Origin: Octopus bimaculoides
Taxonomy: Eukaryota
Length of the DNA: 64,000 bases
Assembly: GCF_001194135.2 (NCBI RefSeq)
Contig: NC_069000.1
Coordinates: forward strand, 2,036,666-2,100,665
Reading direction: 5' to 3'
This document shows, piece after piece, positions 1-13,571 of the stretch (its first letter is position 1; every line of letters starts with the position of its first letter). The notes below the pieces were generated by a model. That model had not been told where the DNA came from. It was given only the letters and a program-made list of their open reading frames with translations, and did not search any database. Position numbers and translations under genes: made by a program.

Positions 1-33
<33 letters not shown>

Positions 34-360
34 TATGTACAAGATTCTTAATAATTGTCTAATTACGTATCGTCTGAATAGTCTCGAGTATGCTGGACTT
101 CTTAATCAAACTGTCTTTTCTTATTTGTATTTCTGTAAATATTTGATGATGGAATAGGTAACTTATTTCTGATATAACTGGAATAGTTAAATAGCTACAT
201 AAATACGTAAATACACACACGCACACACACGCACACTCAAAAATATATGTATACTCAAGTACACCCATAAATATATATCTTTTTGCTTTATTTATATGTG
301 AATATACTACATATATACATATACATACATACATACATACATATATATACATATATATAT

Positions 361-493
<133 letters not shown>

Positions 494-1055
494 CAAATAA
501 CAGTGTTTATATTGTCTTTAATTTGCTACGTAAATATGCGGCTGTTTCTTTGTCGCAGAATCGAAGAAATATTTTGCGAATGCAAGTCAATGTCGGATCG
601 AACATGAATTTTTTCCACCTCAGTAAGATTGTAGATGTCCTACATTGGCTATTTCATCATCTTACACGGCTTCAAACTATCTACATTGATTTTGCTGTCT
701 ATAACATGTTACTAGTTGTTACTTGAACTGGCACAATGAACAAGAACGAACCACCAAGTAGATCATAAAACGAGGGTAGCGAGCAGCGCACGATGTGGTG
801 TGCAATATTTCTTTTACTGGTCTTTATTACGTAAAACTCGGAACCTTACAATGTTCCCATATTTATATAAGCAGTTCAATAAAACATATGTAACGAAACT
901 GGAGCTTTAAATGCCACGTAACTTCACAAGATAAACATATTGCTTAAGCTTTAAGCCTTAAGCGATACGTTGTGGTATAAACGGAAAATAATATTGGTCG
1001 TAGTGTAACGCGTCTTATTGTGTTTGCTCCTTTCATAATGCGACTCAGATCTTAC

Positions 1056-1105
1056 AAGCTCGTATAAATAACGGCCAGATATGCCCTAATTCAAGTCTTA
1101 CCATA
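1056..1105 (-). CDS. Candidate 50-nt internal exon (phase 2 to 1), MVRLELGHIWPLFIRA; product unknown
   Basis: Minus-strand acceptor ttcttttatttctcag and donor gtaaga. Only one of three frames is open, and it is the frame delivered by the candidate exon at 2455-2544. No homology recognised. Confidence 0.3.
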
Positions 1106-1204
1106 CTGAGAAATAAAAGAACATTTTATACTATAGAACGACAGACATATAACCAAAGTGTAATTTTAAAACAGGAAATGCAGCTCTAAACATTTTAATT
1201 CTTA

Positions 1205-1307
<103 letters not shown>

Positions 1308-2454
1308 TTACTTCTTTATTAACGATGCAGTTTTAATGAAAAGGCATATTACTCTACCTCTCGTTTTCGAGTACTACTTTTCCCACCTTGTTTTGTATTC
1401 ATGTGCTTACTCGCGTAAGCATATATATATATATATATATATGGATATTCATTACCATATAAATATGGATACATATGCATGCACACATCCCTACTCAAAC
1501 ATACGCACTCACGCACACATACACATACTTATAGCTAGCTGTCATCGTTCTGTTTAAGGTTTTCCTACATACATACATACAGACATCAACGTTATGTAGA
1601 ACAGAGGAAAGACATAAATGATAATAATCTTCTGTATCCTCTAATCTATAATATATAAGTGAAGAGATTATATGGAAGCCATGTGTATTCTATAAAATAT
1701 GTATTTCGTTATTTGTCGCTTCATTGCCAGAGATTTATTTACTAAAACCTGTGGAAACTTGTAAGATAGTAGGAATTTAAAATGTTTCGTAAATATTTCA
1801 CTGCTGTCGTATTAAACGCATTGCATCACTTGTTAAGTCTTGTTATTTTGAGATAAATTCTTTGGTTTTGCACGAAAATTGTTGATTATAGCTTTCTTTC
1901 TGTTCATCATTTTCATTTTCATGAATACACTCTCAAAAACTCACGCTCACGCGCACACACCCACGTGCACACGCGCGCCGACACATGCATGCATACAATG
2001 GTACACACACAGACAAAAACACATACACATGTCGCCATCTTGTATCGCTTTGTAACCTTCCATTCTCTATTTGTATTTTTGTTTAGTTTCATTTTAGATA
2101 GAATATCACAAATTATGTTCATTTGTGTCTTAGTTTTTGCTTATAAACTCGCAGATAATTCTTCTGGGTTTTCTCCTGTCAGATCTCTTTTTGGTACAAT
2201 GTAGCACGTGAAATAAGAAGAGAGAGATAAGTGGTCAATTAATTTATTAGAAATAACAACTCGATTTCTCTTAAATCACGCTCCAAGCTATTTCAAATGA
2301 TCATGCTTAAGACCTCTTTGGATAACGTAATATTAAGTACATAACGTATGAGAATAATATTGATGGGTTGGTCTTAGCTAGAGACTATTTAATCGCAGCT
2401 GTGTTTAGTAACAGTTAGTCTGGGGTTTCAAATCGAAAGTCAAACATTCCTTAC

Positions 2455-2544
2455 CTTCTCCTTGATATTGTTTCAGACATTTTAATTATGTTCACAACAT
2501 TTCGTAAAGTCGGTAGAAATTCTTTAAGAATCAGCATTTCGTAG
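2455..2544 (-). CDS. Candidate 90-nt symmetric (phase 2-2) exon, YEMLILKEFLPTLRNVVNIIKMSETISRR; product unknown
   Basis: Minus-strand acceptor ttgtatttcaatatag and donor AG|gtaagg. Only one frame is open. No homology recognised. Confidence 0.35.
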
Positions 2545-4821
2545 CTATATTGAAATACAATTTTCCAATATCATATGGCAGATTTTCTATGAGCCAATGA
2601 GGGCACCTTTAAACGGTCACCAGGCGCAGTAAAGCACATCTCGGTTTGAACTGCTTGCAAAATAACCTGCAGCTACCGAAGATAAACACTAACAATGTCA
2701 CCTTGTCGAGGTTTTAGAAAGCGTGCGAATTCCGAGGGCAGAACCCGTTCTTTCATACTAACCCAATTATATAATGAAGTTCATAGATGTTACTCTTTCT
2801 CATCTCACTAATCCATAACATAAAGTAGATGCGACAGGCCATTCATCAACTTGCGCAGTTGCGACACATTGTCATGATGTATAACTAAAAAGAAATAAAA
2901 ATGTGGGTGGGTGGAGGCAGAACAAAAAATACTAAAAAGAGAAAAAGAACGAAAAACAGCCGAACGTTTCATGAATATTTTCGTATTTTCAGCAGGAATT
3001 CAACAGTGTCTTTACAAGTATGTGACTTCTTTAAATTATCATTCTCCAATATTTACTCGATTAATACAATTTCTAGAACTCACTATATCAACAATAAACC
3101 ATTATGTTTGTGGCATTATGGTAATATTAAGTGATAAATTGTTTTCAAAATCTTCCGTATAGATTTACATTACAATGGAGACTTCAATTAACACGCAAAT
3201 TAGATGACTGGTGAATTGATTGGAATTTTAATCAATATACCACGGTTGAAAAACGAAAAAGAATTAAAAAAGTTCTAGTGAAAAAACAACTTGTAATGAT
3301 ATCACAGCTGAATTGTGAGATAAAAAGTAAGGAATCGTATTTACGTATACTCTAACTTTCATAAATTCATATACAGAGATCATTGACTCGCATATATAGA
3401 CACACACACACATACACAGATAAGTACACATGAGCTAAGGTTTAAACTTAGAGAGTCATGAAGCAGCCTCTGTCAATGAAAGGACCTTAACGACTTGTAT
3501 TTGAATGTATACACCGTTTCCCTTAAAGTTGTTGAATATATGACTATTACGAACACAAACTTACTTATAACATTACGACATGCCGTAAAGTTATAACTGA
3601 CCACAGCATGACTGACAGACTGACAGACTGACAGCCAATTAAAAAGTGAGTACGTGGTATGTGGACAGGATACAAACAATTTTATCGTCTCAAATTTCTC
3701 ATAATAGCTTTGAGGTGAAACAATAAAAATAACTGAAAGAATATATGAGTCTGGTATAAACTATACCTGAGAAGACGGGATGGTCACGACGAGAAATATA
3801 TCGATAGACAGATCTTCCACAACAGAAGTCAACAGGAGGGAACCATGCAAAATAACAACAATTACAAGACTAAAAACAAGAATATATGTGAATAGTCTTC
3901 TCCTCTATAATTCTCAAAATGAATGGTGGTTGCTTCTTCAATATTTTTTAAAGTGATAAATTGTAGTTTTTTTCACAACGCTGTGTGCGTGCGTATATGT
4001 GTGTGTGTGTAAGTATATATACAGTGAGAGGGGGAGAGGGAGAGAGAGGGAGAGAGGGAGAGAGAGGGAGAGAGATAAAGAGATACATAGATAGATAGGT
4101 AAATTGATGGATATATATATATATACACATATATTACTTTAGTGTATATGCATATAAATTCACATCTTTATTTTTTCCTGTCTTCCAAGCTACGAGTTGT
4201 ATTTTGTTTAACCCCCCTCTCTCTCTCCCTCTCCCTCTCCATCTCCCTCTCCCTCTCCCCCCCTCTCTCTCTCTCTCCGTTGGAATGCTCTTTCATTTCC
4301 TTCCTTCTGCCGTTTTTCACACTCACTTGTTTTCTCTTTTATCATATTCTTTCATCATTTTCTGTTGCTGAACACTTACACAAACACACTCCAATACACG
4401 CATACACACAATCTCACGCACACATACAGACCATGTAGACTCGTCTGGTTTTATGATGTATGATAAATGATGATATCCTCCATATGCAAAATAGATATCA
4501 ATAACTCATGTATGTATTACATCTGTAATATATCTTCTACATTACGGTTGTCTTATCGGATAGTATATTGGGCTTCTGACCAAAAACTAAATGATTCACA
4601 TCACAACATCGTTGTACACTAAGCTAAATCAATTGGCAAAGCATTTAGTGTTTGCAACCACAGGTCAATGCTAGAAATTCCATGTAATTGCTCGATCAGG
4701 TAGAAATAGCAGCTGAATATCCCTTATATCAGACTTATCTCAAAGGTAACAGGAGAATATTTCGTTTTTGGATTTGGTTTGGAAGATTCTTTGTATGATT
4801 GGTGTGCTGAAGCATATTCTA

Positions 4822-4945
4822 TTGTGTCTGGGCAGACTCATTCTCTTTTGGTGCCTTATAATTTAACACACTCACCGGTAAAATTTCTACTTATTTCTTT
4901 TTAAATTATAAGGCACCGAAAGAGAATAACTCTTCCCAGACATAA
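4822..4945. mobile_element. Palindromic MITE-like / foldback element (45-bp inverted arms, 34-nt spacer)
   Basis: 4822-4866 is the reverse complement of 4901-4945 with 5 mismatches (core ttctcttttggtgccttataatttaa / ttaaattataaggcaccgaaagagaa). Confidence 0.7.
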
Positions 4946-5024
4946 CACAATAATGTTACAGTTAAAACGTTTGTTTCTATTAAGCATATGAATAATTGGA
5001 GGTTTCCAAGTCATGACGTTATAC

Positions 5025-5097
5025 GTATGAGGGCCTCCTGCATATGTAAGTATCAAAATGTAATATATTGAAGCTGCCTCTTCCAAATGATATCCTT
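5025..5097 (-). CDS. Candidate 73-nt exon (phase 1 to 2), GYHLEEAASIYYILILTYAGGPH
   Basis: Strong acceptor aacttctttcccacag but weak donor gtataa. Phase fits both neighbouring candidate exons. Confidence 0.25.
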
Positions 5098-5361
5098 CTG
5101 TGGGAAAGAAGTTATACATGGTAAACTTGTCTCTATTCTTTATTACAGAAAACATTATCAATATCCTTTCAGACAATACTTTCATACTCACAATTTTCTC
5201 CAGAGATTAAATTGATTATTATTGCTTGTATAGTTCCAATTAAATTAGTCCAGAAGTTATGTTAAATATATATACATGCATAAGTACCATGAATTCCCAT
5301 TTTACAAACTGGCAAACAATTGCCTGAATACTTTGCCGGGCAACGTTGGGTACTTAGTCTA

Positions 5362-5403
<42 letters not shown>

Positions 5404-5840
5404 GTGCACTGGCATTATGTGCCTCATGTATTAATACTCTCTATTGAGACACACGAGATGACAATTTATTCATGTGATTTTTATTACCTATTTAGACATG
5501 TCTGTATATGTATACTGGATACACTGTCATTATTTTACATTCACATTAACGTTATTCCTGGGATAAGTATATATACACTCATACATACATAACACATTCA
5601 ACAATCTTATACACACACTTACACAATCACACACGTTTACGCACACAAACAGCGGGAGAATCAAACTAATACAAGATTGTTAAAATTAATAAAATCAAAA
5701 AACATTAGTCAACTGGGAGAAAATGTCTGCATTTCATTTCAAAATGTCAGCTAACATGCAGGAATATGTATTATGTATGTATGTATATATACATATGAGT
5801 GTGTGTGTATTCATATGTACGCATATATACTTACATACAT

Positions 5841-5873
<33 letters not shown>

Positions 5874-6590
5874 NNNNNNNNNNNNTATATATATGTATGT
5901 ATGTATGTGTGTGTGTGTGCGTATGTTTGTATATATACGAATATATGCATGTACGTATATATATATATATATATATATATATGTAAATTATTTTTGATAC
6001 CTCTAAATTTGTAAATATTTCTTCGACATAATCGAAGAAAAACAAATTTATATTATGATAAGTCTCTAGATTTATAAATATTTCTTCAAGATACCGCAGG
6101 AAAAACTACATTTCAAATCGCGAATCATTCACTTTGATATAAAAATTCGAAGAAGTAATTAATATATATTTCTGTTGAAGACATTTTTTATGTCGTATCA
6201 CACATATCATTCACAATATTGCAGTCTCTACAATTTTTATTTTTCTGAACATTTCTTTTGAATATATTTGCTATATATTGCTGTGTTCTGCACTGCAGTT
6301 CTCTGCTCTATCAACGGAGCTATCAATCTAAATATTTGGCGCGTGTCCTAGTGCTCTCAGCGTTGGACTGACGATCATGTGGTGAGTTCGATTCTTGTGA
6401 CTCATGGCCAGTAAATTTTAATAGAGTAATTTGCTCCGGATGGCGTTAATTTTTGTTCATTGATAATATTCGTGACCCTAAAATTTGGATTATCTGTGAT
6501 CCTCTAATGGATTACATTCTGCCGAATTAAATGCACAGGGGTATTTGTTCCAGAATTTTACTTTCTGAGTTAAAATCCCAATATACTCAC

Positions 6591-6668
6591 CCTGTCGCGT
6601 TCGATGAAGTGTAAATAAATTACTGAGGCCACTGGTATCGACAAAGCTCCTGTATCGAGTTGGCTGAC
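6591..6668 (-). CDS. Candidate 78-nt exon (phase 1-1), QPTRYRSFVDTSGLSNLFTLHRTRQ
   Basis: Donor G|gtgagtat, acceptor gattttgtctcaag, locally GC-richer than flanks. A second frame is also open. Confidence 0.3.
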
Positions 6669-6699
6669 CTTGAGACAAAATCGGATAGCATTATTACAT

Positions 6700-6860
6700 C
6701 AGTGGACTGTCAGAATCGTTAGAGCAACAGAAAAAAAGCAGGCCTTGTGTTACTTCCTCCGCTTCATTTACATTTTCATTTCAAATGCACCAGGATCAGC
6801 TTTGCATTTTATCGTTTCAAGGCCGGTTAACTAAAGTACAAATCGAGTACAAATATCGAT
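6700..6860 (+). mobile_element. Highly decayed tRNA-headed SINE (family B)
   Basis: cagaatcgttag...ttcaaat...ctttgcattttatc...aaagtac remnants align by eye to the best copy at 55997-56222. Confidence 0.5.
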
Positions 6861-6920
6861 GGTATGGACGACGCCGTTTCTCAAATTTGCTGACATTGAT
6901 TCCTCATCGACAACGATTAC

Positions 6921-6975
6921 CAATAAATGAGTGACCGACGAGAACATAATCTTCATCCTTGTTACGAATAAACTC
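6921..6975 (-). CDS. Candidate 55-nt exon (phase 0 to 1), EFIRNKDEDYVLVGHSFI
   Basis: Acceptor tctactttgaactttag, donor G|gtaatc. Phase fits the candidate exon at 6591-6668. Confidence 0.25.
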
Positions 6976-7195
6976 CTAAAGTTCAAAGTAGATTATATAT
7001 GTGTTCTACAGTGTAATGGAGATTAAATATTAAATCCATGTTTAAATATTTATTTTACACATTTTAATGTACAATACTTAACATTATATTAATAAACATT
7101 CTCAATAACATTACCGTTGCTATGGACCAATGACAAAAATTGAGACTGTTGCTAGGTTCACAATGTTTTTTTACGCAGGAACAGAAATTGATTGC

Positions 7196-7197
<2 letters not shown>

Positions 7198-7281
<84 letters not shown>
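7198..7281. repeat. (TATC)n tetranucleotide microsatellite
   Basis: Direct reading; it produces the YLSI-repeat ORFs in the track. Confidence 0.95.
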
Positions 7282-7283
<2 letters not shown>

Positions 7284-7506
7284 TCTTCGTCTATTCGTCT
7301 ATTTATATGTATATCTATAATACGTAATACAAACATATCCTCAAATGCATTTTAACGTACACGTTGTAAATACAATCGATGCCGTTCTATAATGTTTTGA
7401 GCCTATTTAGCAAATTACATTATCTATATTAACTATAATTCCTACGAGAGACATACAAAAGTATAAGTATGTATATATAAATATATACATGAATATATAT
7501 TCATAC

Positions 7507-7537
<31 letters not shown>

Positions 7538-9217
7538 TATNNNNNNNNNNNNNNNNNNNNNNNNNNNNNNNNNNNNNNNNNNNNNNNNNNNNNNNNNNNN
7601 NNNNNNNNNNNNNNNNNNNNNNNNNNNNNNNNNNNNNNNNNNNNNNNNNNNNNNNNNNNNNNNNNNNNNNNNNNNNNNNNNNNNNNNNNNNNNNNNNNNN
7701 NNNNNNNNNNNNNNNNNNNNNNNNNNNNNNNNNNNNNNNNNNNNNNNNNNNNNNNNNNNNNNNNNNNNNNNNNNNNNNNNNNNNNNNNNNNNNNNNNNNN
7801 NNNNNNNNNNNNNNNNNNNNNNNNNNNNNNNNNNNNNNNNNNNNNNNNNNNNNNNNNNNNNNNNNNNNNNNNNNNNNNNNNNNNNNNNNNNNNNNNNNNN
7901 NNNNNNNNNNNNNNNNNNNNNNNNNNNNNNNNNNNNNNNNNNNNNNNNNNNNNNNNNNNNNNNNNNNNNNNNNNNNNNNNNNNNNNNNNNNNNNNNNNNN
8001 NNNNNNNNNNNNNNNNNNNNNNNNNNNNNNNNNNNNNNNNNNNNNNNNNNNNNNNNNNNNNNNNNNNNNNNNNNNNNNNNNNNNNNNNNNNNNNNNNNNN
8101 NNNNNNNNNNNNNNNNNNNNNNNNNNNNNNNNNNNNNNNNNNNNNNNNNNNNNNNNNNNNNNNNNNNNNNNNNNNNNNNNNNNNNNNNNNNNNNNNNNNN
8201 NNNNNNNNNNNNNNNNNATATATATATATATATACACACATATAAACACATTCCTGTGTAGATATATAAATATGCAAACATGTATATGTGGTGGTGTGAC
8301 GCTATTTTCAGTTGCTAGAACCCTTTCACTGGATATTGCTTCAGATAATAATCCTTCCAGGAACCATAAATCAATTTATGATCAGCAATTTCCAGAAAAA
8401 GAACATTAGCCACAATCAAAACCACAACCGAAATAATTCAGAAATATTCAAACGATTTACCCGAATCAGAAATCACTAATAATACTACTAATAGATATCA
8501 CTATTATTTCTATGTATTCATTGAAACTATAACATCAATGGAATTATGACAAGATACACTTATCCTATTCCCGACCGGCTTTAAAATTCTCACTGAACAC
8601 CCATCGATTTTTGGAAATTTCCTATAAAGTTTTAAAAATAGCTAAATCTCAATATTGGAGTCATATGAAATTACATGCTTATTGAATTGAACTTAGTCTG
8701 GTATAATCTCCGACATTCCAAATTATAAACCGAAGTGGGGATAGTCACGCTTGCTTACACAATACAGAGAATAAATTTAATAAATCTATCGTTCCTTTTT
8801 CATTTATTGATAGATTTATAAGCATGTATGTATGCATCTATGCATGTATGTATATTTGTATGCTTATATGTATGTATGTATGCATATATGTATGTATGCA
8901 TGTATGTATGTATGTATGGATATATGTATTATGTATGGATATATGTGTGCATGCATATATGTATGTATGCATATTTGTCTGTATGCATATATGTATGTGT
9001 GTATGCACATATGTATGTATGTACGGATGGATGAGTGTGTGTATGTGTGTGCGTGTGTATATATTATATATTTTCGAGAAACCGAGGATACGAAGCCACC
9101 GTCAATGCAAGACTTAAATGTCCAAGACAAGCATATTAATTCTTGAGCTTTTTCGATAATTATGTGGGGAAAAAAGCTTTATTACTGTTGTTATTTTTGG
9201 CAGATGTACTAAGGAAA

Positions 9218-9623
9218 TAAGCCAGCAGAATTGGTTGAGCGTTGGATAAAACGCTAAGCTGCAATTCGTTTAAATCTTTACGTTCTAAGTTCAAATCCCA
9301 TCGAGATCAATTTTTACATATATTCTTCGATTTTCTATTAACTGACTGTAAAGCACTGGGTTTGAGGTAACCGACCATTCCCTTTACTCCCAATTTCTGG
9401 TTTTGCTCCTAATATTACCAATTTTATAATTCATAATAAAGTAGCGAGTTGGTAGAGTCGTTGGCACACCACACGAAATGGTTAGCAGCATTTCTTAGGT
9501 TTTATTTAGTGGAATTCCCATCGATGTCGACTTTGCTTTCTGCCCTGTAGGAGTCGATGAAATAAGTACCAGTTACCGGTCAGTGTAATGAACCCGTCCC
9601 TGAAAATATCAGTTCTTGTGCCC
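9218..9623 (+). mobile_element. Two head-to-tail decayed family-B SINE copies
   Basis: First copy has ttctaagttcaaatccc (B-box-like). Second copy has gcgagttggtagagtcgtt and gtcgactttgctttc...gtcgatgaaataagtaccagtt, matching 55997-56222. Confidence 0.7.
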
Positions 9624-9727
9624 GTCCCAATAAGGTAGTCTTCTGCACATGTTCTACCCTCATGCCAATCTCAATTTCACCAACAGGTTCCTCTATTATT
9701 ATTATCATTATCATCATCATCATCATT

Positions 9728-9764
<37 letters not shown>

Positions 9765-10012
9765 GAGACAGCTATCAGATAGAGTCTCTCTCCCACTACT
9801 TTTCCGTTTTATTCTCTCTCTTTCTCTCTTCATATCACTTTTTCCGCTTATTTTTGTTTTTTGCCTACTCCTGCGTATTATGTTGCTTTATGAGGCGTTG
9901 TGCAATAATGACTTACTATGACTTATTTCATGCATGAATCCGTGGCCAATTCAGCCATCTTATTATTCAGATGATGCTATATAGCGCAATACACGCATCA
10001 ATCAAATGTTAC

Positions 10013-10046
10013 GATAAGATAAACCAATTTGAAAGGGTAGCCGTGT
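10013..10046 (-). CDS. Candidate 34-nt exon (phase 2 to 0), HGYPFKLVYLI
   Basis: Very strong acceptor cttctcttttattccttcctttcttccttctag. The donor gtaaca was chosen to keep the frame open, so this call is weak. Confidence 0.15.
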
Positions 10047-10932
10047 CTAGAAGGAAGAAAGGAAGGAATAAAAGAGAAGACAGCAAACTGTTTCGTATTT
10101 CTCTCCGAACTGAGACGATAACTATAAACAAAATAGATTTGTAATAACGACTACTGGCATAACAGGAAATTCAGTTTTTTCAACAATGAATTTCCATATA
10201 TNNNNNNNNNNNNNNNNNNNNNNNNNNNNNNNNNNNNNNNNNNNNNNNNNNNNNNNNNNNNNNNNNNNNNNNNNNNNNNNNNNNNNNNNNNNNNNNNNNN
10301 NNNNNNNNNNNNNNNNNNNNNNNNNNNNNNNNNNNNNNNNNNNNNNNNNNNNNNNNNNNNNNNNNNNNNNNNNNNNNNNNNNNNNNNNNNNNNNNNNNNN
10401 NNNNNNNNNNNNNNNNNNNNNNNNNNNNNNNNNNNNNNNNNNNNNNNNNNNNNNNNNNNNNNNNNNNNNNNNNNNNNNNNNNNNNNNNNNNNNNNNNNNN
10501 NNNNNNNNNNNNNNNNNNNNNNNNNNNNNNNNNNNNNNNNNNNNNNNNNNNNNNNNNNNNNNNNNNNNNNNNNNNNNNNNNNNNNNNNNNNNNNNNNNNN
10601 NNNNNNNNNNNNNNNNNNNNNNNNNNNNNNNNNNNNNNNNNNNNNNNNNNNNNNNNNNNNNNNNNNNNNNNNNNNNNNNNNNNNNNNNNNNNNNNNNNNN
10701 NNNNNNNNNNNNNNNNNNNNNNNNNNNNNNNNNNNNNNNNNNNNNNNNNNNNNNNNNNNNNNNNNNNNNNNNNNNNNNNNNNNNNNNNNNNNNNNNNNNN
10801 NNNNNNNNNNNNNNNNNNNNNNNNNNNNNNNNNNNNNNNNNNNNNNNNNNNNNNNNNNNNNNNNNNNNNNNNNNNNNNNNNNNNNNNNNNNNNNNNNNNN
10901 NNNNNNNNNNNNNNNNNNNNNNNNNNNNNNNN

Positions 10933-10980
<48 letters not shown>

Positions 10981-11777
10981 AACGTATATATATATTGTGA
11001 GAGGAAGCTAGACATACAGACAAGGGACACAGAGAGAAAGAGATAGAAAGATATACATACATATGTGGAAACATATATGCATACATTACAAACACACACA
11101 CAGCGGGTCTCACACATGAATGTATGTATAACTGGTTATGATTGTGTGTGTGTATGTGCGTAAAAGTTTCGATCTCTCACTTGAGCGAGATGAAAAAACA
11201 CAAAAATAAGCATATTTACGCACACACTCGCAGAGAGACGCCTACACACATATCTGTGCACATGAATACACTCACACACTTGTGTATGCATATAAACACA
11301 CACGCACATATGTCTAGCAGAACGTTTGTTAACATATAATATTTGTATGATTTTATTGAATAATCTATAGCGATACATAAATCTATCACACCTATTTCAA
11401 AATCTGCATCCGTTGGTATTGTAGTTGTTGTTGATGTCGATGTTGCTTTTGTTGCCAGGCGTGTTGTTTTATTCTTGTTTTATTCTTGTTATCTTAGCCG
11501 TCATTTTAAACCTATCTATCACATAACATATCGTAGCAACATATGTACATGTGATAGCGATATTTATAGAGAATATATTGTATGCAATCCAGCGCTGTCG
11601 ATGTATGTATGTATGTATGTATGTATGTATGTATGTGTAAGAGCAGCAGACATATAAATCACTGAAATGATACCATCATAATGTATGTATATGCGTGTAT
11701 ATAGATCCTTTCATCCAAGCAATCCATTACACATGTTTTCATCCATCTGTCCATCCAGCTATCCATTTCTCTCACGC

Positions 11778-11812
<35 letters not shown>

Positions 11813-12667
11813 ATGTATATGTTTTCACTCAAACACTCACATGTGTATATATAAATTTTATGTATACATATAAGTTTATATACATAAGTATTTAACAATT
11901 ATATATATCATATCTATATATGCATTTATNNNNNNNNNNNNNNNNNNNNNNNNNNNNNNNNNNNNNNNNNNNNNNNNNNNNNNNNNNNNNNNNNNNNNNN
12001 NNNNNNNNNNACAAGAATAAGGGCAGGGAATCGTCAATTAATAATAGAATTAATAATTAACAATTTTGCCAAGTAGCTCAGTATGAAAAAACCTTTATCG
12101 GTAAAACCATTTATCATTATAAATATACAGGGATTAGCATTGAGTTGCTTCTCCAACATACTGAAAATTTAGAAATAGCAGTCAAAGAACTACTGATTCT
12201 AAACTACAAATTTTTCTCTAAACGGGTGGCGATATCTATGGCACATATATATATATATGTATGCATATATATAAATATATTTATATATTTATATACATGT
12301 ACGTATGTATGAGTGTGTGTATATACATGCGAATATAGTTGAAATTTATAGGAAAAACAAAAGACGAAGACAGGTGGAAGAACAACAAGTAGCAAGTGTA
12401 TTCGTATGACGCTCGGGAAAAATGAAAAAGTCTTGCCTTCATGATATTTCGTATCATAGAGACGGTGTACAAAAAGTGATCTCTTAATTGAAGAACAGGT
12501 AAAGGTTTGCGTCAAGAGCAGCATCCAGCTGTAAAACAATGCATCTCATCGTATGTTCATCTAACTCATGCAAGCACGGGAAAACAGACATGATGGCAAC
12601 GAAAAAGCCATTGAAGTATATGCAGAATAGTACGCGTGCAAATACGTGCGTGAGGGAAAGAACAAAT

Positions 12668-12674
12668 AGAGAGA

Positions 12675-12737
<63 letters not shown>
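12668..12737. repeat. (GA)n microsatellite
   Basis: Direct reading. Confidence 0.95.
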
Positions 12738-12742
<5 letters not shown>

Positions 12743-13058
12743 TGATCATAGGGGCTGGATTGTGCGAAACTGCAGGAATCTTTCAAAGATTTGTTTGCAG
12801 CAAGCGGCCTCACCTTTTAGAAAATTTACTGGCTTACAAATAAATATTTCGATAAAATATTTTAAAATTCAGCATACGCTTTCTTGCTGTTTTCGTATAA
12901 TTGATTTATTGATGAGGGAAATGTTTCTTAAAACATCATATTGAATTCGAGGATGATTCAATCTATTTATTTAGAAGCCAATGCATGACTTTGTGATATT
13001 TTCCGCATTTGTATTGTTGCTTCTTTTCTTTGCATAATCAAAGATATCTATCTATCTA

Positions 13059-13121
<63 letters not shown>

Positions 13122-13146
13122 TTCTATGTATCTATATATGTATGTA

Positions 13147-13358
13147 TACTCTTTTACTCTTTTACTTGTTTCAGTCTTTTGACTGTGGCCATGCTGGAGC
13201 ACCGCCTTTAGTCGAGCAAATCGACCCCAGGACTTATTCTTTGGAAGCCTAGTACTTATTCTATCGGTCTCTTTTGCCGAACCGCTAAGTTACGGGGACA
13301 TAAACACACCAGCATCGGTTGTCAAACAGTTGTCGGAGACAAACACAGACACACAAAC

Positions 13359-13408
<50 letters not shown>

Positions 13409-13571
13409 GACAGGCTTCTTTCAGTTTCCGTCTACCAAATCCACTCACAAGGCTTTGGTCGGCCCGAGGCTATAGTAGAAGACACTTGCCCAAGATGCCA
13501 CGCAGTGGGACTGGACCCGGGACCATGTGGTTGGTAAGCTAGCTACTTACCACACAGCCACTCCTACGCCT
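13147..13571 (-). mobile_element. Near full-length tRNA-headed SINE (family A) with internal (TA)n and a 9-bp target-site duplication
   Basis: Minus strand starts aggcgtaggagtggctgtgtggtaag (A-box-like), has a mutated B-box-like ggtccagtccc and ends in an (aaaagagt)n tail. tatgtatac occurs at 13141-13149 and 13571-13579. Partial copies occur elsewhere in the window. Confidence 0.9.

Noticed and set aside
559-622. Plus-strand exon-like segment (tttctttgtcgcag...ctca|gtaaga; ESKKYFANASQCRIEHEFFPP)
   Set aside because: Good splice sites, but no convincing partner exons or homology. It shows that such signals arise by chance here, which also tempers the other exon calls.
5098-5191. 93-nt minus-strand intron-like segment with a perfect gtgagt donor upstream of exon candidate 5025-5097
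   Set aside because: The only open upstream frame creates TAA on splicing and has no usable acceptor, so it was not used in the chain.
6921-6975. VLVGHSFIG as an alpha/beta-hydrolase nucleophile elbow
   Set aside because: The motif needs G-x-S-x-G. Here the fifth position is I, and no other hydrolase motifs appear in the chain.
8312-8440. Open frames on both strands (VARTLSLDIASDNNPSRNHKSIYDQQFPEKEH* on +; IISVVVLIVANVLFLEIADHKLIYGSWKDYYLKQYPVKGF* on -)
   Set aside because: The minus frame is bounded by stops with no acceptor, and the plus frame has no supported upstream exon.
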